Part shown: positions 1 through 12,224 of the stretch, in pieces | How the letters are laid out: each line of letters opens with the position of its first letter | Position numbering within the stretch: position 1 is the stretch's first letter | Origin: Octopus sinensis | Lineage: Eukaryota | Reading direction: 5' to 3' | DNA length: 64,000 nt | Assembly: GCF_006345805.1 (NCBI RefSeq) | Contig: NW_021835957.1 | Coordinates: 32,265-96,264 of the forward strand | Notes under the pieces: generated by a model | Seen by the model: only the letters and a program-made list of their open reading frames with translations | The model's database searches: none | What the model was told of the DNA's origin: nothing | Translations under genes and position numbers: made by a program

Positions 1-512
1 AGTGTGACCAAAAGATTTAACAGCATTAGGAACATAGACATTGAAATGACTTTATGGTGGCAATTCATGATAAGCAATTGAAAACTTTGAATTTTCATTT
101 TATTTGACAATGCAGTAGCTTGCTAATCTTTTTTACTCAAATAACAAGGAATCGTAAGATTTATGCTTGGCTTGTATTTTCCAGATGACCGGTGCATTTC
201 CTTATGTATGACACGCTGTTCTAGTGTGTCTGGCTTTTCTCACGAAAGGGTATTTTTAAGCAGCGTTGCAATCTATTTAGAGTTAGACTGACACAGTTGT
301 TAGAAGTTGAGCATCTCAGCTATGGACAGTATAGTGCTGATGACAGGATCGAACAGTCGGTCTCTCGGCTGGTTCTCCGATATTCTATCGGCCTCCAACT
401 TCTGTGAATACAATCCCAAAAGATTATTAGTATTAGTAAGAAAGATATCGAGTCAAGAAAATTAAGTTATTTTCTGCTAAGCTAGTAAGCACTTGTAGCA
501 GACCCTTAGTGA

Positions 513-515
<3 letters not shown>

Positions 516-601
<86 letters not shown>
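516..601. repeat. (CT)n microsatellite
   Basis: Pure CT run. Confidence 0.98.
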
Positions 602-605
<4 letters not shown>

Positions 606-1624
606 ATATATAACATAAATACAAACATAGCAGATAACAGCTAACATTCGGCCGCTTGGACCCTGTTGGGTCCACTACTTTGATTGCTTGGTATTGGCGC
701 AATTTGTCTCTTGCTCTATTACGCGCCAATGTGCAACCCAACCAATCGCAGCCTTCTAATAAGATCCGTGACACAGTTTTTCTAAAGCTCTGTTTGAGCC
801 TATAATTTGCTATAAAACTTCAGCGATTCACTGTATTTCGTCTTTGGTTCTAGACCTTCTAAAGTCTAACCACTGACCACAGAGCACTCAACCAGTTCCA
901 ACGACTACACCAGTAACAACTTGGAGGAACATCAGCACTTCGTCTAGCAGGATTCGGGCCCTCCATCAACGTCGCCATCATCTTATCGACGCCAACATCT
1001 CTACATACACAGCATCATTCGCTCAAGTTTAACTCCTCACTGTTTGTGAATTATTTCACTATGGTTAACAGTAAGCTCAACCTGCGAGAACCTTCAGTAC
1101 CAAGTAACCCAGCAGCAGCATGGTAGCCACCACTTCTTCGTGCAACACGTACTGCACAGGCTCTGCTATTTCGCCTCAACTTCTTGTTAAAGCACTTCAA
1201 CTATTGTGTACCTTACTACAAACTGGTATTTATCTTCATTGTGTCTGAACTTCTTCTAGCGTTCTGTTATAGACTCTTTATTTTATCTCACACATACACA
1301 CTTGTTTGTACACTCATACACATTATGTATGCATGACGGCCTGTCTATTGTTATTATTATATATGTACTTATGTCGTACACACAGACACACACTGCTAAC
1401 ACAAATAAAACCTTTCTCTTAACATTCTATGGTTGTGTTGTCTTTCTTTTCCTTCTGGCACTCATACTCCTCCATTTTTGCTTTTATTGTAAGCGACCAT
1501 GCAGTGTATTAAAGGAGTCATTCATTCGTCACCTCTCCTTTCACACGGTTGTTCTACACACTCTTTTTGTATGAATGAGTTAGGTCATGTGTCATTCGTC
1601 GATTTTAGTTCGGCGTGTTCACCA
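602..1624 (+). mobile_element. Probable solo LTR (TG...CA) with CCAAT, TATA-like and AATAAA motifs
   Basis: Starts TGTTA and ends TTCACCA. Its ~655-905 core aligns by eye with ~11200-11450. No target-site duplication found. Confidence 0.45.
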
Positions 1625-1875
1625 AATGGTGGATGGGTGTTATGTTATTATGTTGAGTCTTGAGCAAATAAGAAATTATCTTCAGTCATGTTTTATTGAT
1701 AACACTAAACATAATACTTTGCAATATTTTCACTTGTCGAGGATGTATTATTTATAAATCACTTAAAAGTTCTCAGAAAAATTGTTAGTGGTAACAGGAA
1801 TAATTTTTCAGTGGAGATTTTGAGAGATGAAAATTATCTTGTCAAACGCAAAACGGGAAATCCACTTAGCTTGCA

Positions 1876-2256
1876 TCTCTCTCTATATAAACGGCAGTTT
1901 GTCTGTGCGTGTTTCTGTGTGTCTGTTTGCTTGTACCCTCACCCTGACCACGGCTTTCAACCGATTCTGATGAAACTTGACACACACATAGCCCAATGTC
2001 ATAATTCAAAACTAACGCAGCGAAAATTTTGAAAAGTTCCCCCAGTTCTGAAAAAATCGATAAATTCGACATGGGGTCGAGAATCAGAAACACAAACCGC
2101 AAACTGTCTAGGGGACGCAACTCCACCTTTTTTAACTAAAAAAAAATTTACCATCGTTTTTTTCCATTTTTTTGTTATTTTTTGGCTATAACTCTCTAAA
2201 AATGCTTTATAGTTATTTCCCTTACAAACCTGAGCAACGCCGGGGGATACTGCTAG
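1876..2256 (+). mobile_element. Non-autonomous Helitron-like element
   Basis: A|TC 5' end followed by TATATAAA and GTCTGT repeats; the 3' end is GAGCAACGCCGGGGGATACTGCTAG|T. Confidence 0.7.
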
Positions 2257-2605
2257 TTTATATATAAAAGTGAAGTTGTGTGTCTGTCTCCTACGATTTA
2301 GATTCCTAACTACTCCCACATTTTGCGGTGCAGTGTAACCAAAAGCGGGTATCTTATAGTCGTGATTCATATCGAGCCCTTCCGGGTATTAGCGCGCGTC
2401 TACGATGAGTCTACGATTTAAAAAAAAAATTAGCATCATGTTTTTCCATTTTAATGCATTTTTTTCGTTATTATATAAGGGAAGTAACTCTCTAAAAATG
2501 TCTACGATGAGTCAACGATTTAAAAAAAATTTACGATAATTTTTTTTCCAATTTTAATGAATTTTTTTGCTATTTTTTGGCTATAACTCTCTGAAAATGC
2601 TTACA

Positions 2606-3007
2606 TTCTTCTTCTTCTTGTTTCAGTCATTTGACTGCGGCCATGCTGGAGCACCGCCTTTAGTCGAGCAAATCGACCCCAGGACTTATTCTTTGTAAGC
2701 CCAGTACTTATTCTACCTGTCTCTTTTGCCGAACCGCTAAGTAACGGGGACGTAACCACACCAGCATCGGTTGTCAAGCAATGCTAGGGGGACAAACACA
2801 GACACACAAACACACACATATACATATATACACATACATATATACGACAGGCTTCTTTCAATTTCCGTCTACCAAATCCACTCACAAGTCATTGGTCGGC
2901 CCGGGGCTATAGTAGAAGACACTTGCCCAAGATGTCACGCAGTGGGACTGAACCCGGAACCATGTGGTTGGTTAGCAAGCTACTTACCACACAGCCACTC
3001 CTGCGCC
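2606..3007 (-). mobile_element. Full-length octopus-type tRNA-derived SINE (internal microsatellite, GACTAAAGGCGGTGCTCCAGCATGGCCGCAGTCAAATGACTGAAAC tail)
   Basis: Near-identical to copies at 35498-35905 and 48880-49220; tRNA-like head GTGGCTGTGTGGTAAG...GGTTCAGTCCC. Confidence 0.85.
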
Positions 3008-3169
3008 ATTATATATATATATTCTCTCCCAATTTCGCAGTGTGTGTATGTGCATAAATAAATGTATTTACGGTAATGTATCCCATTGCTTAGGTTATAA
3101 TATTTCATTAATATATGTTTTGATGAACGTCAGATCTGATAACAAGATTGCTTTACACCATTCAAGGCC

Positions 3170-6100
3170 TCAGAGATCAAAGAGGAGTGCCGACAGAGAT
3201 CAAAGAGGGGTGCCGACAGAGATCAAAGAGGGGTACCGACAGAGATCAAAGAGGGGTGCCGACAGAGATCAAAGAAGGTGTCGACAGAGATCGAAGAGGG
3301 TGCCGACAGAGATCAAAGAGGGTGCCGACAGAGATCAAAGGGGTGCCGACAGAGATCAAAGAGGGGTGCCGACAGATATCAAAGGAGGTCCCGACAGAAA
3401 TCAAAGAGGGGTGCCGACAGAGATCAAAGGGGGTGTCGACAGAGATCAAAGAGGGGTGCCGACAGAGGTTAAAAAGGGTGCCGACAGAGGTTAAAAAGGG
3501 TGCCGACAGAGGTTAAAAAGGGTGCCGACAGAGATCAAAGTGAGTGCCGACAGAGATCAAAGAGGGGTGCTGACAAGGATCAAAGGGGGTGCCGACAGAG
3601 ATCAAAGAGGGGTGTCGACAGTGATCAAAGAGGGGTGCCGACAGAGATAAAAGGGGGTGCCGACAGAGATCAAAGAGGGGTGCCGACAGCAATCAAAGAG
3701 GGTGCCGACAGAGATCAGAGGGGTGCCGACAGAGATCAAAGAGGGGTGCCGACAGGAATCAAAGAGGGTGCCGACAGAGATCAAAGAGGGGTGCCGACAG
3801 AGATCAAAGAGGGGTGCCGACAGAGATCAAAGAGGGGTGCCGACAGAGATCAAAGAGGGTGCCGACAGAGATCAAAGACGGGTGCCGACAGATATCAAAG
3901 GGGGTGTACAGAGATCAAAGTGGTGCCGACAGAGATGAAAGAGGGGTACCGACAGAGATCAAAGAGGGGTGCCGACGGAGATCAAAGAGGGATGCCGACA
4001 GAGATCAAAGAGTGGTGCCGACAGAGATCAAAGAGGGATGCACAGAGATCAAAGGGGGTGCCGACAGAGATCAAAGGGGGTGCCGACAGAGATCAAAGGG
4101 GTGCCGACAGAGATCAAAGAGGGGTGCCGACAGAGATCAAAGAGGGTGCTGAAAGAGATCAAAGAGGGGTGCCGACAGAGATAAAAGAGGGTGCCGACAG
4201 AGATCAAAGAGGGGTACCTACAGAGATCAATGGGGGTGCCGACAGAAATCAAAGAGAGGTGCCGACAAAGATCAAAGAGGGGTACCGACAGAGATCAAAG
4301 GGGGTGCCGACAGAGACCAAAGAGAGTGCCGACAGAGATCAAACAGGGGTGCCGACAGAGATCAAAAAGGGTGCCGACAGAGATCAAAGGGGGTGCCGAC
4401 AGAGATCAAAGAGGGGTGCTGACAAAGATCAAAAGGGGTGCCGACAGAGATCAAAGAGGGGTGTCGACAGAGATCAAAGAGGGGTGCCGACAGAGATCAA
4501 AGGGTGTGCCGACAGAGATCAAAGAGGGGTGCCGACAGAGATCAAAGAGGGATGCCGACAGAGATCAAAGAGGGGTATCGACAGAGATAAAAGAGGGTGC
4601 CGACAGAGATCAAAGAGGGTTGCCGACAGCAATCAAAGAGGGTGCCGACAGAGATCAAAGAGGGGTGCCGACAGAGATCAAAGAGGGGTGCCGACAGAGA
4701 TCAAAGAGGGGTGCCGACAGAGATCAAAGAGGGGTGCCGACAGAGATCAAAGGGGATGCACAGAGATCAAAGGGGTGCTGACAGAGATCAAAGGGGGTGC
4801 CGACAGAGATCAAAGAGGGTGCCGACAGAGATCAAAGACGGGTGCCGACAGATATCAAAGGGGGTGTACAGAGATCAAAGGGGTGCCGACAGAGATCAAA
4901 GAGGGGTACCGACAGAGATCAAAGAGGGGTGCCGACGGAGATCAAAGAGGGATGCCGACAGAGATCAAAGAGGGGTGTCGACAGAGATCAAAGAGGGATG
5001 CACAGAGATCAAAGGTGGTGCCGACAGAGATCAAAGGGGGTGCCGACAGAGATCAAAGGGGGTGCCGACAGAGATCAAAGAGGGGTGCCGACAGAGATCA
5101 AAGAGAGGTGCCGACAGAGATCAAAGAGGGTGCCGAAAGAGATCAAAGAGGGGTGCCGACAGAGATAAAAGAGGGTGCCGACAGAGATCAAAGAGGGGTA
5201 CCTACAGAGATCAATGGGGGTGCCGACAGAAATCAAAGAGAGGTGCCGACAAAGATCAAAGAGGGGTGCCGACAGAGATCAAAGGGGGTGCGGACAGAGA
5301 CCAAAGAGAGTGCCGACAGAGATCAAAGAGGGGTGCCGACAGAGATCAAAAAGGGTGCCGACAGAGATCAAAGGGGGTGCCGACAGAGATCAAAGAGGGG
5401 TGCTGACAAAGATCAAAAGGGGTGCCGACAGAGATCAAAGAGGGGTGTCGACAGAGATCAAAGAGGGGTGCCGACAGAGATCAAAGGGGGTGCCGACAGA
5501 GATCAAAGAGGGGTGCCGACAGAGATCAAAGAGGGATGCCGACAGAGATCAAAGAGGGTACCGACAGAGATCAAAGAGGGGTATCGACAGAGATAAAAGA
5601 GGGTGCCGACAGAGATCAAAGAGGGGTACCGACAGAGATCAATGGGGGTGCCGACAGAAATCAAAGAGAGGTGCCGACAGAGATCAAAGAGGGGTGCCGA
5701 CAGAGATCAAAGGGGGTGCCGACAGAGACCAAAGAGGGTGCTGACAGAGATCAAAGAGGGGTACCGACAGAGATAAAAGAGGGTGCCGACAAAGATCAAA
5801 GAGGGGTACCGACAGAGATCAAAGGGGGTGCCGACAGATGTCAAAGAGATAAAAGAGGGTGCCGACAGAGATCAAAGAGGGGTACCGACAGAAATCAAAA
5901 AGGGGTGCCGACAGAGATCAAAGAGGGATGCCGACAGAGATCAAAGAGGGTGTCGACAGAGATCAATTGGGATGCCGACAGAAATCAAAGAGAGGTGCCG
6001 ACAGAGAGCAAAGGGGTGCCGACAGAGATCAAAGGGGGTGCCGACAGAGATCAAAGAGGGGTGCTGATATAGATCAAAGGGGGTGCCGCCAGAGATCAAA

Positions 6101-7712
6101 AAGGGTGCCGAAAGATATAAACGAGATCAAAGAGGGGTGCCGACAGAGATCAAAGAGGGATGCACAGAGATCAAAGGGAGTGCCGACAGAGATCAAAGGG
6201 GGTGCCGACAGATATCAAAGACGGGTATCTACAGAGATAAAAGAGGGTGCCGACAGAGATCAAAGAGGGGTACCGACAGAGATCAAAAAGGGGTGCCGAC
6301 AGAGATCAAAGAGGGATGCCGACAGAGATCAAAGAGGGTGCCGACAGAGATCAATTGGGGTGCCGACAGAAATCAAAGAGATGTGCCGACAGAGAGCAAA
6401 GGGGGTGCCGACATAGACCAAAGAGGGTGCCGACAGAGATCAAAGAGGGGTGATGATAGAGATCAAAGGGGTGCCGCCAGAGATCAAAAAGGGTGCCGAA
6501 AGATATAAAAGAGATCAAAGAGGGGTGCCGACAGAGATCAAAGAGGGGTGCCGATAGAGATCAAAGGGGGTGACGACAGAGATCAATTGGGGTGCCGACA
6601 GAAATCAAAGAGAGGTGCCGACAGAGAGCAAAGGGGTGCCGACAGAGATCAAAGGGGATGCCGACAGAGACCAAAGAGGGTGCCGACAGAGATCAAAGAG
6701 GGGTTCCGACAGAGATCAAAGAGGGGTGCCGACAGAGATCAAAGAGGGGTGCCGACAGAGATCAAAGAGGGTGCCGACAGAGATCAAAGAGGGTGCCGAC
6801 AGAGATCAAAGAGGGATGCACAGATATCAAAGGGAGTGCCGACAGAGATCAAAGGGGGTGCCGACAGAGATCAAAGAGGGGTGCCGAAAGAGATCAAAGA
6901 GGGGTGCCGATAGAGATCAAAGAAGGGTGCCGACAAGGATCAAAGAGGGTGCCGACAGAGATCAATGGGGTGCCGACAGAGATGAAAGGGGGTGCCAACA
7001 GAGATCAAAGAGGGGTGCCGACAGAGATCAAAGGTGGTGCCGACAGAGATCAAAGAGGGGTACGACAGAGATCAAAGGGTGTGCCGACAGATACCAAAGA
7101 GGGGTATAGACAGAGATCAAAAAGGGGTACCGACAGAGATCAAAGAGGGATGCCGACAGAGATCAAAGAGGGGTGTCGACAGAGATCAAAGAGGGATGCA
7201 CAGAGATCAAAGGGGGTGCCAACAGAGATCAAAGGGGGTGCCGACAGAGATCAAAGAGGGGTGCCGAAAGAGATCAAAGAGGGTGTCGATAGAGATCAAA
7301 GAAGGGTGCCGACAAGGATCAAAGAGGGTGCCGACAGAGATCAATGGGGTGCCGATAGAGATCAAAGAAGGGTGCCGACAGAGATCAATGGGGGTTCCGA
7401 CAGAGATCAAAGAGGGGTGCCGACAGAGATCAAAGAGGTGTGCCGAGAGAGACCAAAGGGTTGCCGAAATAGATCAAAGAGGGTGCCGAGATCAAAGAGG
7501 GTGACAGAGATCAAAGGAGGTACCGACAGAGATTAAAGGGGATGCCGACATAGATCAAAGAGGGGTGCCGACATAGATCAAAGAGGGGTGCCGACAGAGA
7601 TCAAAGGGGGTGCCGACAGAGATCAAAGAGAGGTGTCGACAGATATCAAAAGGGGTGTCGACAGAGATCAAAGAGTGTGCCGAAAAAGATCAAAGAGGGT
7701 GCCGAAAGAGAT
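3170..7712 (+). repeat. Minisatellite array, ~200 units of ~23 bp, consensus GAGATCAAAGAGGGGTGCCGACA
   Basis: Directly visible. Unit length varies with the G-run, and higher-order repeats are present. Confidence 0.98.
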
Positions 7713-8721
7713 CTTCCCTTACAAACCCGAGCAACGCCGGGCGATACTGCTAGTCTACAATAAACAGAAAGTTCTCCCACCCTGAGTATTGACTCCCAGA
7801 TTTTTCCCCCTTGGAAATTCTTGAATCTTCTGGCAGCAACTTGAAGTGCGAAAACAAAAAAGTTTCCCTTGGGTTAGCATACCTACCACCAGCAGACATC
7901 GAAGATGGTTGACTAAATATTACCATATATAGTATTGTCACAAGAGTGGTTGTCACGGTGGTAGTCGTGGTAAGTTGATGTTCATGCACTAAATGAATTT
8001 TAACGTTTTTTGTTTTTTTCTGGCTACTTTTCTGGATCGAATATCACCAAATGTTGCTTGGTGGTGGTTGTTTGTTCACTTCGTTGGGTGTCACCAGTTG
8101 TTACGAGAGTGGTGTTTGGGCGTTTCGTCAAATGGGGCAATGGTAGCTGTTGAGTTGGTGAATGGAAATGTATTTTTCAGATTACTTGAAGAAGTAATTA
8201 ACACTCGCAAACAATTAACAGAAGATTTCATTACTGTATATTGTGTTTTCTGGTTGTTGTTGTTTTTTTTACAAATACTAACAATAATTACATACCGAGA
8301 GAGACACGCTGCTTGGGATTTACATGTTAACCAATATAGCAATTTGTGGTCGGCCCATCATAACTGGAAAATAATTGTGCTCCATTCGAGGAGACGAACA
8401 TTCCTGTCTACTATCTGCCAGGTGCCTTAATCAGCTGAATGTAGTAATGAGAATGGAGACGTCATGTGGCTACCTCAACATTCTGCGGTTACCACTTTTA
8501 TATAGGACACAATGAGAAAGTTCTAGAAAATCAAATCACGCCATGGCTTGACGTTGATTAGTTGCTTAATAGACCGATCACGTGAAACTACTGAGATTTG
8601 ATCGTGATGTCTGCTTGGCTACCTAGAGATTCGGTTTTGAATCACTGCTACAATATTGTTCTTTCCACACAACACTACTATATATATATATGGTCTATAT
8701 TGTCAAATATAGTAATGTTGT

Positions 8722-9161
8722 TCTTTTATTCTTTTACTTGTTGCAGTCATTTGACTGCGGCCACGCTGGATCACCACATTTAGTTAAACAAATCAACCCC
8801 CAGGACTTATTCTTTGTAAGCCTAATACTTATTCTATTGGTTGTTTTTGCCGAACCGCTAAGTTACAGGGACATAAACACTCCAACATCGGTTGTAAAGC
8901 AATGATGGGGGTGCAAACACAGACACACAAACATATATTCACAAAAGACGAAGACAGGTGGTGTAGACAACAAACAGATGTATTAGTATAAAGCTCAGGA
9001 AGTGAAAGTCTTTAAAGTTTCGAGCCTACGCTCTTCTACAGAAAGGAACACAAATAAACAAAGAGAGAAAATAAAGGATATGTATAGTGGCTAGTGATCT
9101 ATCATGGCGAATGTATATACATACATATATATATATGTGTGTGTGTAGATATATATATATG

Positions 9162-9256
<95 letters not shown>

Positions 9257-9410
9257 CGGGCTTCTTTCAGTTTCTGTCTACCAAATTCACTCACAAGGCT
9301 TTGCTTGGCTTGAAGCTATAGCAGAAGACACCTACCCAAGGTGCCACGCAGTGGGACTGAACCTGGAACCATGTGGTTGGGAAACAAGCTTCTTACCACA
9401 CAGCCATGCC
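8722..9410 (-). mobile_element. Same SINE family, split by a Penelope-like fragment and a long (TA)n
   Basis: 3' half at 8722-8925, 5' half at 9256-9410, (TA)n at ~9113-9252. Confidence 0.75.
8935..9110 (-). mobile_element. Penelope-like pLTR fragment; a related fragment lies at ~16125-16290
   Basis: Minus-strand ..GAAGAGC-GTAG-GCTCGAAAC and ..AAAGAGC-TCA-GCTCGAAAT hairpins resemble PLE termini. Confidence 0.4.
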
Positions 9411-11129
9411 TGATTTTGAACATTCAAAAAAAAGTTAACTGTTGTACTCTATACCAGACATGAACAACATTTTTCGAGAGACTTCATTTTTTTTTTTCTT
9501 TTCTAATTTTGACAATAAGGAAGCTATTTTGAAGGGAGACGAAGTCGATTACATTGAACTCAGTACTTGACTGGGACTTATTTTAATGATCCCGAAAGAA
9601 TAAGGCAACCTGACCTCGGTGGCATTTGAAATCAGAAAATAAAGAGCCGAAGAACTGCTGCTAAGTATTTACTCCAGAACTGTAACGATTTTGCCAACTT
9701 GCCCCCTTTGAGTTTGTTGTGGTATTGTATCGATGTATTTTAAACATTGTTGGAGTTGATGTTGCTGTATCAGTTGTGGTGAGTGATCAGGCTGGCTGTG
9801 TATAATATGACAAGGCAAACTCAGGAACATTTAACAGATTTTATTAAGGAAAAGAGAAGCATGTATACATACATAAATTATCAAATCCTCATTGGTAACA
9901 AACTAGGAGTTGGGGATTAACTTAACTGTATTTTCTCAGTCATTAGTTATCTGGAAAATGAGAGACTGCCGAAACCTGAAGCTTTTTCCTTGATTTCCTT
10001 GGTAAAAGCTGAAATATGTCCCGCTTGAAATGCCATTAGAGCTCTACTTCAGTCTGGCTTATGGTGAGAGATGAGATGTGTGTTCTATGTGGTGGTCTCG
10101 ACCTTCTATTCTGAGATCTTCGCGGCACCGCTTATCATGCAAGGTAAATGCATGAATCTCAAGAAAATTTGAGATGATGTTCATGACATGGCTTCAAGCT
10201 GTTTGGTCAATATTTAGGTTGTTCACGTAAAACTTGCATGTTGCAATTGTAGCTTACTTATGATTGTGAACTAATTATTTTACGGTTGGTGTTCAAATCC
10301 TTACAATTTCAATTTAATGTTGACTTCTAAAAATTGAAACAAACCCCAAAATTTAGGCGGAGGATATAGTCGATTAATTCGATCCAGTGCTTGACTAGTA
10401 CATTGTTTTATTGACCCAGAAAGATGAATCGCAAAGCTGGCCACGACAGGATTTGAACTCAGAATGTAAAAGATTTTAGTAAAATTCTGCAAAGAATTTT
10501 GTGTGACCCGTTAATAGGATTCTGCTAATCCACCACTCTTTTTATATATATTTCCATAATATTGGTAATTCCAGAAACAGAAAAACAAAATACAAAAACC
10601 ATTCTAACTAGAAATTCATGTCAGAGCATTGAACTAAGCAATTATAAATGGTATAATTAGTTAAGGAAATAGGAGAAGCAGGGGAAGTGACCTCATAACC
10701 TTTAAAGACCCCCAACTAGACTTGTGAGAGTGATGTCATTGATGGCATGGTGGAATATTGTCATGTCGATATCTGTAGCATAAATATGGGTGGGGAAGAA
10801 AATAGGAACCTATTTGCAACGCATGCAATAAAAGATATTTCGCTAAAGACATCGAGAGATTGGGTGATGGTATTAAACCAATTAGGATATGAGGGCAGTG
10901 GACGACCAGCCAAGAAGTCAGCTGATTGAACCAAACAGTTTTATCGTTTTATTACCATTCAGTGGTCTTAGGTCTTAAGATATCTGATTTTTACTTCATA
11001 CTTATTTGTCTTTATAGAGCGAATGAAATACTGATTAATAGTCATAATCTCTTAATATAGTTCCATTAATATCCAGGATGTTTTATAATAATATTGAATC
11101 AACTCATTACTAGGTAATCAGAGAAGCAT

Positions 11130-12120
11130 AGTTGATTAAGACAAGTCCTGAACTCAGGAATGATCTCGTTTGAGATTACAACCATCTTTGTCTAGTTTAA
11201 CCCTGTTGTGTCCACTGCTCTGATTGGTTGGCATTTGGCGCAGTTTGTCTTCCGACTTATTTCGCGCCAGTGTGTAGGCCAACCAATCATGGCCTTTGGA
11301 TAAGGTCTCGTGACACTGTTTTCCTGATCCCTCATTTGAGCCATCTAAACCCTATAAATAATCCAGCATTTCACTATTCCTGGTCTTTCGGCTTTAGACC
11401 TTCTAAGGTCTAGTCACTGACCACAGAGCTACTCAGCCATGTTCCAGTTTGAGCGACAGACGACCAGTCAGCCAGCCAGCCATGCTACTGCTCCAGCCAT
11501 GAAGATGCTATTATACACCAGTGACAGACAGGATGTTCTCCATCTCCGCCACCGTCATCACCATCGCCGACGACTTCATGTACACAACATTCACACACGT
11601 TTAAACTCACGCTGTTTGTGAATATTTCACCGAGGTAAAACAGTTCCAGTCTACCCGAAAGAACTTTCTGTACCAAGAGACTCGGCACAGCATAATAGCC
11701 ACAACTTCTACACGTGTAGTAACCGGTCTCTGCCACGTGACCCCCCCCCAACATTTTGTTATAGAACTCTTGCTATCATGTACCTCACTTATGAACTGGT
11801 AAACTAATTCCATCTTAACTCAATATGCTGAGACATTCATCTTATGCTCAGTATTTTGTTCTATACGCATACACCTCTGTCACATACACGAACTCACAGG
11901 TACAAACACTTATCGCATGCATCTAGACACAATACTGCTAGCACTCACAACGCACTATCTTTGTACACATTGTAAATAAAGTCTTCTCTCTCTCAGACAG
12001 TTGAACGGTTGTCGTCCATCATTTATTCCTTTTGGCACTGTATTTTATATTATGTATTTGGCTTCATAGTTAGTTAGGGGCGACCGTGCGGCGTTCAAAA
12101 GGAAATATTTGTCACCAACA
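11130..12120 (+). mobile_element. Second, diverged copy of the same LTR-like family
   Basis: Shares the ACCCTGTTG.GTCCACT...CCAACCAATC...CTATAAA...TAGACCTTCTAA.GTCTA..CACTGACCACAGAGC blocks and ends TCACCAACA. The left edge is uncertain. Confidence 0.45.
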
Positions 12121-12224
12121 CCCCACGTACGGTCGTATTCCCTACAAGAGAGAGAAAATTCTGTGCTACTTTTGCATACAGTCTAGTGCAGTATCCATAG
12201 TCTCCACTGTGAAATGACTTGATC

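Larger units (their letters stand above)
2257..7753 (+). mobile_element. Second Helitron-like element with ~5.1 kb of internal cargo (SINE, spacer and minisatellite)
   Basis: The body shares TTTTTGGCTATAACTCTCT.AAAATGCTT modules with the first element. The same 3' terminus, TTCCCTTACAAACCCGAGCAACGCCGGGCGATACTGCTAG|T, reappears at ~7714-7753. Confidence 0.55.

Noticed and set aside
185-440. Exon-like CpG-rich patch (ttccag acceptor at 184; minus-strand frame EADRISENQPRDRLFDPVISTILSIAEMLNF*)
   Set aside because: No recognisable protein and ambiguous strand; it cannot be supported without transcripts.
1625-1640. TGGTGGAT as a tRNA primer-binding site after the LTR-like element
   Set aside because: Only ~7 nt of match to a tRNA 3' end, and no gag/pol sequence follows.
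2940-3007. tRNA genes at SINE heads
   Set aside because: The A/B-box-like heads continue into SINE bodies and do not form complete cloverleafs.
3170-7712. CRISPR-like or repeat-spacer array
   Set aside because: There are no unique spacers and the context is eukaryotic; it is a contiguous minisatellite.
3042-7785. Long ORFs of up to 698 aa (PTEIKEG / CRQRSKR / ADRDQRG repeats)
   Set aside because: The 23-bp unit has no stop codon in any plus-strand frame, so long ORFs are expected by construction. All three frames give the same permuted peptides, with constant frame switching.
9026-9413. Ile/Tyr-rich ORFs
   Set aside because: Translation of the (TA)n microsatellite and SINE sequence.
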